Assembly (NCBI GenBank): GCA_052439685.1
Contig: JBQVQG010000028.1
Span: forward strand, 541-64,540
Source of the DNA: Reyranella sp.
GTDB taxonomy: Bacteria; Pseudomonadota; Alphaproteobacteria; Reyranellales; Reyranellaceae
Length of the DNA: 64,000 nt
Reading direction: 5' to 3'
Shown: one piece after another, positions 48,688 through 57,176 of the stretch
Layout: every line of letters starts with the position of its first letter
Position numbering within the stretch: position 1 is the stretch's first letter
Position numbers and translations under genes: made by a program
The notes under the pieces: model-generated
Seen by the model: only the letters and a program-made list of their open reading frames with translations
What the model was told of the DNA's origin: nothing
Databases searched by the model: none

Positions 48688-51600
48688 CTAGGGGTGAAAG
48701 CGCTCGACGATCGCCCGGGCGTGATCGCCCACCGGGGAAGGCGAAGCGGGCCACATAGCGAGCCACTCCCTATAGCTGATCGACTGGAAAGAAACCTCGG
48801 CCTCCCGCACGGCCGCGGCAAATCGTGCGATCTCCTCGCGATGACGGGCGAACGATGCCGCGGGAATGGGGCTGCCCTTGAGGGAGGCGGGCTCCGCGAA
48901 CAGATAGACCAGGACCGGCGCCTTGCCCTTGCGGCGCCCGTCGGTCACGAGCCCGAAGGCGTGCTTCACCAGTTGTGCCGCATCGAGGAATTCGAACGTC
49001 TGCTGCCCCGACGCGAGGGCATCGCGCATCGCTTCGTAGGGCTTCAGGTCCGGCCCCCAGTCAACGCGGCTGTAGGCGGCCGAAAAAATCGGTTTCTTGC
49101 GATCCCGATAGGGCTCGAATCGCTTGGATTCGACGCCGATAAGCTGGTCGCCGGTCTCCACGACCGCATCGAGCCAGGGGTGCTTCCCGCCACGGAACGG
49201 AAAGCGCGCGCTGTATTCGACATCGACCAGAGAGGCCGTCGCATGCGGCTTCATGCCGGGCAGGGGCGGTAGCTCGCCTGGACGCTCGGCGAACCAGCCG
49301 AACGTGTTGCAGGCCAGTGCCGCCGAACTCTCCGGGCTGGCGAATTTCCCGCTTTCTATTTCGGCGCCGCCGGCCTTGGCCAGGCGTGCAAGGACGTGCG
49401 CCGCGGACACGCCGGGCAGAAAATCGTCGTGCATAGGCTGGGTGGTCTCCTGGTACAGCTCGGCCTGCATCTCCCGCACGGCCTGCTCGAAGCCTTGCCG
49501 GTCGCCGAACGCCCGGATCAGCTGAAAGGGGGTGCCCAGCCCCGTGAAGGGGGCGATTCGGAGCACGTTGGTGTCGTCGAGATTGAGCACGCCTTCGTCG
49601 GCATACTTGGCCAGCAGCGCGTCGAGCACCGCTCGGGCCTGCGGGCCGTACTTGGCGAACACGTCGCGCTTCTTCACGTTGTCGGCGCGCTCGCGGCGGG
49701 TCAACGGCTTGCGGTCGAAGGCGACGTGGCAGATGAGGTCGAACGGGTCGAGGTCCTTGCCGACTTCCTCGGCGACCGGATCGAGCAGCAGGCCCTCGGC
49801 GGCGAGTTCGTCGATCACCGCCTGCTTGCGCTCGGCCGCCTTCCAGCGCTTCAGGAAGTCGTCGAGGCTAGTGAAGCGCTTCTCGAGGGTGGTCTTGGTG
49901 AAGTCGCGCAGCGTCTCGGTGATCAGCTTGCCGTTCTCGTCGAGATACTCGACGCGCTCGGCGACGATGGTCGCGGTCACGCCGTCGACACAGACCTTGC
50001 GCCGATCGCTGAAGCCGCCTTTCGATGCCGAGGGAAAGGGAAAGCCGTCGACGATGGTCTCGTCGTCGCCCGGCTGGGGCGGGATAGGATCCTCGTCGTC
50101 GGGCGGGACGGGGGATTCGTCCGGCCCGGGCTCGTAGATCTGCACCGGCTCGCCGTCGAAATCCGGGTCGGCGAAATGGTTGGTGGCGCCGCGGAAGTCG
50201 ATCAGGGTGAAATAGAACTTCTTGGTGTCCTCGTGGACGCGGGTGCCGCGCCCGACGATCTGCTTGAACTCGGTCATCGAGCCGACCTCGCGGTCGAGCA
50301 CGATGAGGCGGCAGGTCTGGGCATCGACGCCGGTCGACAGCAGGCGGGAGGTCGTGACCAGCACCGGGTAGGGCGATTCCGGATCGATGAAGTTGCCGAG
50401 CTGGTCGGTGCCTTCCTTGTCGTTGCCGGTGATGCGCATGACGTAGCGCGCATTCGCCTGCACGAGGTCGGCATTCTCGTTGACCAGCGCCTGGCGCATG
50501 CGCGCCGCATGTTCCTGGTCGACGCAGAAGACGATGGTCTTCTGGAAACGGTCGCCGCTCTGCTTCAGGAACTCCGTGACCTTCCGGGCCACCAGCCGGG
50601 TGCGGTCGTCGAGCACCAGCGTGCGCTCGAAGTCCCTGGCGTTGTCGATGGGGTCGTCGACCTCGTCGCCGTCTCGGTCGAACTGGCCCTTTTCCGGCCG
50701 GTAACCCTCGACGTCGGGGTCGATAGGGACTTTCACGACCTTGCAGGGCGCGAGGAAGCCGTCGCGGATGCCCTGCTTCAGCGTGTAGGAGAACACCGGC
50801 TTGCCGAAATAGGCGATGTTCGAGGTGTAGGTGGTTGCCTTCGGCGTCGCGGTGAGGCCGATCTGCGTCGCCGAGTCGAAGTATTCGAGGATTTCCCGCC
50901 ACGCGCTGTCCTCGGCGGCGCTGCCCCGGTGGCATTCGTCGATGACGATGAGGTCGAAGAAGCCCGGCGAGAAGCTCTTGTAGAGTTTCTGGCGCTCCTC
51001 CGGTCCGGTCAGCGACTGGTACAGGCCGAGATAGACCTCGTGGGACTTGTCGACCTGCCGCGTGCCGTCGACGGCGAGCGCCAGTTCCTCCTTCGTGCCG
51101 TCGGCCTTCTCGATGGTCTTTGACCGCGTGCTGAGCTTGGCCATGACGCCGCCGAACGGGCGGAAGTCGTTCACCATCGTCTGGTCGATCAGCACGTTGC
51201 GGTTGGCCAGGAAGAGGATGCGCCTCTCGCGCCCGGCCTTCCAGAGCCGCCAGATGATCTGGAAGGCGGTGTAGGTCTTGCCGGTTCCGGTCGCCATTAC
51301 GAGCAGGATGCGCTGCTGGCCCTTGGCGATGGCCTCGACGGCGGCGTTGATGGCGTTGACCTGATAGTAGCGCGGGCCCTTGCCGCCATAATATGGCTGC
51401 AGGACGATCTGTTCCGCCTCTCGCGTCAGCCCTTTCCATTGGCGGTAGCGTTCCCACAGGTCGGCGGGCGAGGGGAAGGCATCGAGGGGCAGGTCGACCT
51501 CGACCGGCTGGGCGTTGCCGGTCCGATCGTGAAAGACGAAGCCGTCGCCGTTGGACGAGAAGACGAAGGGGATGCCCAGCGTCTCGGCATAGTCCAGCGC

Positions 51601-51861
51601 CTGCTGCATGCCGTCGCCGACGCTGCGGGAATTGTCCTTGGCCTCGATGACGGCGAGCGGGATGTTCGGCTTGTAGGAGAGGATGTAGTCCGCCCGCTTG
51701 AGCGCGCCGCGGCTGACCAGCTTGCCGCGGACCATGATGCGGCCCTTGGTGAAGGACTTTTCCTCGAGAATCTGAGTGTCGACATCCCAGCCCGCCTTTG
51801 TCACGGCCGGCGTGATGAATTTCGTGCAGATGTCGCGCTCGCTCAGAGCCTTCTTGTCCAT
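48688..51861 (-). CDS. hsdR: Type I restriction subunit (EcoAI/EcoEI-like) with a C-terminal in-frame extra nuclease-like domain of about 248 aa
   Basis: SERDICTKFITPA, IEAK, MATGTGKT, DECHRG, FKQIVGRGTR, EcoEI_R_C-like tail ending AELYQETT, then MHDDF...LDAVV...IGVESKRFE...DAAQLVKHAFGL. Confidence 0.93.
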   Translation of the reverse strand: MDKKALSERDICTKFITPAVTKAGWDVDTQILEEKSFTKGRIMVRGKLVSRGALKRADYILSYKPNIPLAVIEAKDNSRSVGDGMQQALDYAETLGIPFVFSSNGDGFVFHDRTGNAQPVEVDLPLDAFPSPADLWERYRQWKGLTREAEQIVLQPYYGGKGPRYYQVNAINAAVEAIAKGQQRILLVMATGTGKTYTAFQIIWRLWKAGRERRILFLANRNVLIDQTMVNDFRPFGGVMAKLSTRSKTIEKADGTKEELALAVDGTRQVDKSHEVYLGLYQSLTGPEERQKLYKSFSPGFFDLIVIDECHRGSAAEDSAWREILEYFDSATQIGLTATPKATTYTSNIAYFGKPVFSYTLKQGIRDGFLAPCKVVKVPIDPDVEGYRPEKGQFDRDGDEVDDPIDNARDFERTLVLDDRTRLVARKVTEFLKQSGDRFQKTIVFCVDQEHAARMRQALVNENADLVQANARYVMRITGNDKEGTDQLGNFIDPESPYPVLVTTSRLLSTGVDAQTCRLIVLDREVGSMTEFKQIVGRGTRVHEDTKKFYFTLIDFRGATNHFADPDFDGEPVQIYEPGPDESPVPPDDEDPIPPQPGDDETIVDGFPFPSASKGGFSDRRKVCVDGVTATIVAERVEYLDENGKLITETLRDFTKTTLEKRFTSLDDFLKRWKAAERKQAVIDELAAEGLLLDPVAEEVGKDLDPFDLICHVAFDRKPLTRRERADNVKKRDVFAKYGPQARAVLDALLAKYADEGVLNLDDTNVLRIAPFTGLGTPFQLIRAFGDRQGFEQAVREMQAELYQETTQPMHDDFLPGVSAAHVLARLAKAGGAEIESGKFASPESSAALACNTFGWFAERPGELPPLPGMKPHATASLVDVEYSARFPFRGGKHPWLDAVVETGDQLIGVESKRFEPYRDRKKPIFSAAYSRVDWGPDLKPYEAMRDALASGQQTFEFLDAAQLVKHAFGLVTDGRRKGKAPVLVYLFAEPASLKGSPIPAASFARHREEIARFAAAVREAEVSFQSISYREWLAMWPASPSPVGDHARAIVERFHP

Positions 51862-51939
51862 GCAGCGGATACAGCTCCCCCGTGCAACATTGTTACTCGC
51901 CGCCCGGTGCCGTTGCCATGCTTATGAGACAAGTTGCTT

Positions 51940-51969
51940 GCTAATATATTAGCTATCAGCTAATATTAG
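51940..51969. promoter_or_regulatory. Palindromic operators of the toxin-antitoxin promoter
   Basis: GCTAATATATTAGC (51940-51953) and CTAATATTAG (51960-51969) directly upstream of the toxin start. Confidence 0.7.
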
Positions 51970-51972
51970 ACC

Positions 51973-52224
51973 GTGACAACAGTCGCCTACAGTAAATCAG
52001 CGCTCAAGGTGCTGAGCCGGCTGCAGCCCAAGCTGGCGGCGCGGATCATGGAGAAAGTCGACCAGTTCGCTGCCGATCCGCAAGCCCAGGCCAACAATGT
52101 GAAGGCTTTGGCCGGATCGCCCTATATCCGTCTTCGTGTCGGCGACTGGAGAGTCATCATGGACGAGCAGGGTACCGTGCTACTGGTCCTCGAAATCGGC
52201 CCTCGGGGCGACATCTACAGGTAG
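51973..52224 (+). CDS. RelE/ParE family toxin (HigB-like, toxin first)
   Basis: YSKSALK.L..L....A.RI..K, VKAL.G...IRLRVGDWRVI, IGPRGDIYR. Confidence 0.9.
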   Translation: MTTVAYSKSALKVLSRLQPKLAARIMEKVDQFAADPQAQANNVKALAGSPYIRLRVGDWRVIMDEQGTVLLVLEIGPRGDIYR

Positions 52225-52233
52225 GAGGCGAGC

Positions 52234-52587
52234 GTGCAGATCATCACCACCCCGAACGGCGAGCGTCTCGTCATCCTGCCGCTCGCGGACTACGAACAGC
52301 TCGTCGACCAGGCCGACATTGCGAAGGCGAACAAGGTCGTGCGCGACATTGCGGCGGGTGACGATGAGGTCGTACCGGCGGAGGTCGTGCGCCGTCTCAT
52401 CGCCGGCGAAAACAAGGTCAGGGTCTGGCGCAGCCATCGCGGACTGTCGGGGCGCGAGCTTGCGGCCGCCGCCGGCGTCAGCGCCCCGTTCATCTCCGAG
52501 ATCGAGAGCGGCAAGAAGGATGGAAGCGTGTCGGTGATGAAGAAGATTGCCGACGTGCTGAAGGTCGATCTCGACGACCTGGTGTGA
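52234..52587 (+). CDS. XRE-family HTH antitoxin (HigA-like)
   Basis: VILPLADYEQL, VRVWR.HRGLS..ELA..AGVS..FISEIESGKK. Confidence 0.9.
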   Translation: MQIITTPNGERLVILPLADYEQLVDQADIAKANKVVRDIAAGDDEVVPAEVVRRLIAGENKVRVWRSHRGLSGRELAAAAGVSAPFISEIESGKKDGSVSVMKKIADVLKVDLDDLV

Positions 52588-52615
52588 GTCGGCGGGGCGG
52601 TGACGGGGCGCATCG

Positions 52616-53014
52616 ATGGAGTTCAAACCGATTCTCCGGCTCGACACGATGTACGGGCATTGCGACGAGCTGAAGATCGAGTTCCGCGAAATGGATCTCA
52701 TCGCCACCGTTCAGTACTACCGCACGGCCGGCACCTTCAGCAGGATCTTCACCTTCGGCTTCGTGCAGGGCCACAGCCTCTATTCCGAGATGTTGATGCC
52801 GCTCACGGCGCGGCACTGCATCGATCAACTCTGTGAAGTGGCCGGTTCCGAATGGGTGGATCGATACAGAGAGCGCGTGTCGTCCGATCTGCGCGGTCTC
52901 CGCCACTACGCGATCTACTTCACCAAGTGCGGCTATCTCGAAGTCCTCAGCCATCGACTCGAAATCGGACCGGAAATCGTGGCTGCGGACCCCGTGCAGA
53001 CCAAAGGACTTTGA
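52616..53014 (+). CDS. Hypothetical protein, immunity-protein-like
   Basis: 132 aa; LRHYAIYF...GYLEVLS C-terminal pattern. Confidence 0.55.
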   Translation: MEFKPILRLDTMYGHCDELKIEFREMDLIATVQYYRTAGTFSRIFTFGFVQGHSLYSEMLMPLTARHCIDQLCEVAGSEWVDRYRERVSSDLRGLRHYAIYFTKCGYLEVLSHRLEIGPEIVAADPVQTKGL

Positions 53015-53146
53015 GACTGCGGGGTCGACGCGTTCCAGGTCGATCTGGACGACGCATGTGACGCACTGGCCGGAGAATGCGGCGGCTTCTATCCTGAGGG
53101 CGAGCCGCGGGGACTACACGCGGGCGGGGATGGAGCGGGACCAGAC

Positions 53147-54538
53147 ATGAAAAAGGCGCGCAAGACCACGCAGAGGGAACCGGCGTTCCTGCATGCCGAC
53201 GAGCGGCGCGCCGCCGGGAAGGCGATCCGCGAGACGGTGCCGCGGGTCTCGCATGCCCACTGGAAGGCGCCGAAGGACCGGGCCGACATCGTCGAGATCA
53301 TCGAGCGCTCCAACAAGGGGCGGCTCGAGCACCTGATCCCGATCCGCCACGGGCGCATGATGGAATCGGCCTTCGCCTTCTATCGCGGCACCGCCGACAT
53401 CATGGCGGCCGACCTCGCCACGACGCCGGTCTCGGGACTGCGGGTACAGGCCTGCGGCGACGCCCATCTCTGCAACTTCGGCGGCTTCGCCACGCCCGAG
53501 CGGCGGGTGATCTTCGACATCAACGATTTCGACGAGACCCTGCCCGGCCCGTGGGAGTGGGACGTCAAGCGCCTGGCCGCCAGCCTGGTCGTGGCCGGCC
53601 GCCAGATCGGCCTGGCCGAGAGCGATGCGGTGCGCGCCGCCCGCGCCGCCGCCAGCTCCTATCGCGAGCGCATGTCGGACTATGCCGGGATGCGGGCGCT
53701 CGACGTCTGGTACGATGCGATCGACCTCGACCGCTTCATCAAGGCCGTCGACTCGCCCGAGCGGCAGGAGATCATCCGCAAGCGCCTCGAGAAGATCGAG
53801 GAGAAGAACGTCCCCGACTATCTGTTCCCCAAGCTCGCCGACCATGTCGGCGACACGCCGCGCATCAAGGACGATCCGCCGCTGATCTTCCATCCGACGC
53901 CGGAGCAGACGCCCGGCCTCCACACGCAGTTCGGCGACGCCATCCGGCAGTATCGCGAATCGCTGCCCGAGCATCTGCGCACCCTGTTCGACCGCTACGA
54001 GTTCTGCGACCTCGCCATCAAGGTGGTGGGCGTGGGCAGCGTCGGACGGATGTGCGGCGTGGTCCTGTTCATGGCCGACAGCCGCGATCCCATCTTCCTG
54101 CAGGTCAAGGAGGCCGTGCCCTCGGTGCTGGAGCCCTATGTCGGCAAAAGCCTGCACGACAATCACGGCCAGCGCGTCGTGGCGGGCCAGCGGCTGATGC
54201 AGTCGGCCAGCGACCTGTTCCTCGGCTGGACGCGCGGCCTCGACGGGCGCTCGCACTATGTCCGCCAGCTGCGCGACATGAAGATCAGCGCCGTCGTCGA
54301 GAGCTTCGATGCCGGCGACCTGCGCACCTACGGCCGGATCTGCGCCTGGGCGCTGGCGCGCGCCCATGCCCGCTCGGGCGACCCGGCGATGATCGCGGGC
54401 TATCTCGGCGGCAGCGAGACCTTCGACGACGCCATCGCCGATTTCTCGGTCGAGTATGCCGACCAGGCCCAGCGCGACTATCGCACCTTCGTCAAGGCGA
54501 TCCGCCAAGGCCGCCTGAAGGCCGAGCGGCTGGGCTGA
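53147..54538 (+). CDS. DUF2252 domain protein
   Basis: LIPIRHGRM..S.FAFYRG.A, CGDAHL.NFG, FDINDFDET, KVVGVGSVG, LQVKEA, ALARAHARSGD. Confidence 0.93.
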   Translation: MKKARKTTQREPAFLHADERRAAGKAIRETVPRVSHAHWKAPKDRADIVEIIERSNKGRLEHLIPIRHGRMMESAFAFYRGTADIMAADLATTPVSGLRVQACGDAHLCNFGGFATPERRVIFDINDFDETLPGPWEWDVKRLAASLVVAGRQIGLAESDAVRAARAAASSYRERMSDYAGMRALDVWYDAIDLDRFIKAVDSPERQEIIRKRLEKIEEKNVPDYLFPKLADHVGDTPRIKDDPPLIFHPTPEQTPGLHTQFGDAIRQYRESLPEHLRTLFDRYEFCDLAIKVVGVGSVGRMCGVVLFMADSRDPIFLQVKEAVPSVLEPYVGKSLHDNHGQRVVAGQRLMQSASDLFLGWTRGLDGRSHYVRQLRDMKISAVVESFDAGDLRTYGRICAWALARAHARSGDPAMIAGYLGGSETFDDAIADFSVEYADQAQRDYRTFVKAIRQGRLKAERLG

Positions 54539-54553
54539 GGCCGGCGCCGCGGC

Positions 54554-55057
54554 TCAGGCGCCGCGGACCCGCGCCACGTGGCGCGCCAGCTTGGCCAGCG
54601 TCTGGCCGCCATATTCGACGGCGCCGAAGCCGATCGCGCCGTCGCGCTGTGCCTTCGAGGGATGCATCTGGCGCAGGGTGAGGACGGTCTTGCCGTCGCT
54701 CTGCTCGTCGAAGGTGACCAGCATGCGGAAGCGGCCGGGATCCTCGTCGCGGTCCGAGCCGTGCTCGACCTCGATCAGCGACGGCGCCTCGAGGCGCAGG
54801 AAGCGCATGCGGTTGTCGTAGCGCGTGCCGTCGGGCGCCACCATGTCGAAGCGCCACAGCCCGCCGGGCCGCAGCTCGATTTCGTGGCTCTCGATCTCGA
54901 AACCTTCGGGCCCGAACCACAGCTGGATCTGCTCCGGGTCGGTCCAGGCGGCATAGACGAGGGCGCGCGGCGCATCGATCACGCGGGTCAGCACGATCTC
55001 GCGGTCGAGGGGCCAGTCCTGCCAGGCGGAGGGCGGCGGGGTGAACGGATTGCTCAT
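54554..55057 (-). CDS. SRPBCC/AHSA1 family protein
   Basis: IVLTRVIDAPRALVY.AWTDP....WFGP.GF, LRPGG.WRF.M..PDG. Confidence 0.9.
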   Translation of the reverse strand: MSNPFTPPPSAWQDWPLDREIVLTRVIDAPRALVYAAWTDPEQIQLWFGPEGFEIESHEIELRPGGLWRFDMVAPDGTRYDNRMRFLRLEAPSLIEVEHGSDRDEDPGRFRMLVTFDEQSDGKTVLTLRQMHPSKAQRDGAIGFGAVEYGGQTLAKLARHVARVRGA

Positions 55058-55060
55058 GGT

Positions 55061-55396
55061 CTAATGCTTCCTCTTCAGGCGTTGGACATGGGCCTCCAGC
55101 CGGTCGAGGCGCCTCTCCCACGAGGCGACGTGCCGGTGGATCCACGCCTCGGTCTCGCGCAGCGCGCGCCGCTCGATGCGGCAGGTCCGCACCCGCCCGG
55201 TCTTCTCGGAGCTGATCAACCCGCTGTCTTCGAGCACCCGCACATGCTTCAGGAGCGACGGCAGGGCGATCTCGAACGGCTGCGACAGCTCGCTGACCGA
55301 CTTCGGCCCCTCGCACAAACGGGTGACGATCGCCCGCCGGATCGGATCGGAAAGCGCCGCGAAGGCCCGGTCGAGGTCGGTCGAATGGTTAGCCAT
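55061..55396 (-). CDS. ArsR/SmtB family regulator
   Basis: LDRAFAALSDP.RRAI..RL, KHVRVLE..GLI...K.GRVR. Confidence 0.92.
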   Translation of the reverse strand: MANHSTDLDRAFAALSDPIRRAIVTRLCEGPKSVSELSQPFEIALPSLLKHVRVLEDSGLISSEKTGRVRTCRIERRALRETEAWIHRHVASWERRLDRLEAHVQRLKRKH

Positions 55397-55476
55397 GACG
55401 GAAACTATTATCGCGCGCGGCGGCGTGGTCAAGGGAAAGTTTCACGAGTGGCTAAGTGTTGGGATTGGCCCACCAT

Positions 55477-55587
55477 CCTCATCCTGAGGCGGCCGCTGTG
55501 CGGCCGTCTCGAAGGATGGGCAAAGGGCGTGGTGTTCGTGCCCACCCTTCGAGACGCGGTCCGGCGGACCGCTCCTCAAGGATGAGG
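55477..55587. repeat. Palindromic repeat, family B copy 2
   Basis: CCTCATCCTGAGG...GTCTCGAAGG...CCTTCGAGAC...CTCCTCAAGGATGAGG. Confidence 0.85.
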
Positions 55588-56042
55588 TGTTGGTGGGAGG
55601 CGCCGGGTAGCTCACGAGCCGCGTGATAGCGTTCGATCTGGGAGAGGAAGCCCGACCACAACGCGCGGCGCTTGGCCAACCAGGCCGCGCGCTCATCCGT
55701 GCGCCACGATCGGAACGGGATGCCGCTCCACGGCGTGCGCTTCGCGCTTTCGTGGGTCTGCAGGTGGGAGAGCCAGAGGAGGGCGGCGGCGGCGTGGGCT
55801 TCGTGGGGGAACTGGCCGAGCTGTTCGCAATCGGGCTCGAGCCAGCGGTCGAAGGCGAGGCCCAGCGCGCGCTCGACCCGCTGGAAGTCGCGGCTGCGGT
55901 GCGCGACCTCGGCGCTGCAGAGCGCGACGGCGCGGGCGCGGACGTTTTCGATGTCGGTTGCGGGCGCGGGGAGGGGGCGGCGGTGGCGGCGGATCAGCTC
56001 GGCGACGGTCTCTTTCGGGCGAACGGCGAGACTATCGGGCAT
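55479..56042 (-). CDS. Hypothetical protein, putative target of the CI-like repressor; 3' end reads through repeat B
   Basis: About 145 protein-like residues, then about 35 residues encoded by the repeat. Confidence 0.6.
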   Translation of the reverse strand: MPDSLAVRPKETVAELIRRHRRPLPAPATDIENVRARAVALCSAEVAHRSRDFQRVERALGLAFDRWLEPDCEQLGQFPHEAHAAAALLWLSHLQTHESAKRTPWSGIPFRSWRTDERAAWLAKRRALWSGFLSQIERYHAARELPGASHQHLILEERSAGPRLEGWARTPRPLPILRDGRTAAASG

Positions 56043-56048
56043 GGCGAC

Positions 56049-56102
56049 AGTATCGGATCAGGGTCCGGATTTTTCAAGGCATTATCCGGAATAAAGTCCG
56101 GA
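56049..56102 (-). promoter_or_regulatory. Sigma70-like promoter TTGAAA-N17-GATACT with three TCCGGA sites
   Basis: -35 at 56072-56077, -10 at 56049-56054, 6 nt before ATG 56042; TCCGGA at 56064, 56085 and 56097. Confidence 0.7.
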
Positions 56103-56110
56103 TATCTCTT

Positions 56111-56220
56111 TGTCGTCTTGAGGGCAGCGAAAGACCTCACGGAGCGACCAGAGGACTCCCTTGCGGGCGGGAGATCCTTCGCGGCGCTCCAAGGCGGGGG
56201 TTACCCCGCCCGCGATGACA
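56111..56220. repeat. Degenerate palindromic repeat, family C (GTCATCCTGAGC..AGCGAAGGATCT type)
   Basis: TGTCGTCTTGAGGGCAGCGAAAGACCTC...GAGATCCTTCGCGGCGCTC...GATGACA. Confidence 0.6.
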
Positions 56221-56293
56221 AGAGGAGAGTGCGAACGGCTCGTTCTGCCACCGTCGCTCCCGGACATTGCTGCGCAATGTCCTGACGCTCTTG

Positions 56294-56342
56294 GAAGGGA
56301 GGAAGATAGGCCGAGCGAAGCTCGGCCTATCTTCCTCCCTTC
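56294..56342 (-). terminator. Perfect 23-bp hairpin overlapping the repressor stop codon
   Basis: GAAGGGAGGAAGATAGGCCGAGC-GAA-GCTCGGCCTATCTTCCTCCCTTC; no U-tract. Confidence 0.55.
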
Positions 56343-57082
56343 ATCAGCTCGTCCCACTCCAGCACGCGGTAGACGCGGAACACCATCCGGCGGTCGACGT
56401 CGAATTCCTTGGGCGGACGATACTGCGCAAGCTTCAGGGTCTTCACCGAGATGCCGACCAGCAGCTTGACCACGGTCTGGCGCACGCTGGAGCCGGCGAT
56501 CGGCCTGAACTCGACCACGACATGGTCGTTGACGCTGGGGGCGCGGTCGCGCTCGACGTAGATCAGGCTGTTGGGCTTGCGCCACGGCCACATCGAATCG
56601 CCCACCACGTTCAGCGCGAACACGTCGCCGCGGCCATGGATGCCCGGCGGGCGCGCGACATGGTCGATCACCGTGCCGTTCATCTCGAACTCGCCGTTGC
56701 CATCGCCGCCCATCGCCGTGCCATAGAGCGGCACGTCGTTGGTCATGTGGCCGAGCATTGGCCGGCCCGGCGCGTCGAAGGCGGGCGTGACGTTGCCGGC
56801 CAGATCGGTGACGAAGGAGGAGGCCGAGCCGTCGGCCGCCGTGGGGAACTCGCCCTGCAGCTCGGCGACGCCGACCGGACGGCCGGTCTTCTTCGCGGCA
56901 CCGGCGGCCAGCCGCGCATAGGTCTTGTCGGTCAGCGTCTTGGCGCCGGTCGGGTCGTCCAGGAATTTGCGCAGCGTTCCGTCGCCCAGGCCTGAGAGCG
57001 ATTCCCACTGGGCGACGTTGAGGCCGGCCCCGGCCATGAAGGCGCGCAGGGCCTGGCGGCGCTGGTTGGCGTCGAAGGCCAT
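56327..57082 (-). CDS. CI/LexA-like repressor: N-terminal HTH plus S24 autopeptidase
   Basis: N-terminal helical HTH, VPLYG.A.GG linker, FALNVVGDSM (catalytic Ser) and VVKLL (Lys). Confidence 0.88.
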   Translation of the reverse strand: MAFDANQRRQALRAFMAGAGLNVAQWESLSGLGDGTLRKFLDDPTGAKTLTDKTYARLAAGAAKKTGRPVGVAELQGEFPTAADGSASSFVTDLAGNVTPAFDAPGRPMLGHMTNDVPLYGTAMGGDGNGEFEMNGTVIDHVARPPGIHGRGDVFALNVVGDSMWPWRKPNSLIYVERDRAPSVNDHVVVEFRPIAGSSVRQTVVKLLVGISVKTLKLAQYRPPKEFDVDRRMVFRVYRVLEWDELMKGGR

Positions 57083-57100
57083 GCCGTCAGTCTGACATTT

Positions 57101-57176
57101 TCCGGAATGATTTCCGAGAGGGGAATTTTCCGGAATCCGCCTTGAAGTCGGAAAATAATCCGGATACTCTTCCGGA
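57101..57176. promoter_or_regulatory. Operator cluster in the divergent intergenic region
   Basis: TCCGGA at 57101, 57129, 57159 and 57171, near matches at 57113 and 57147; GATACT at 57163-57168, 8 nt before ATG 57177. Confidence 0.7.
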
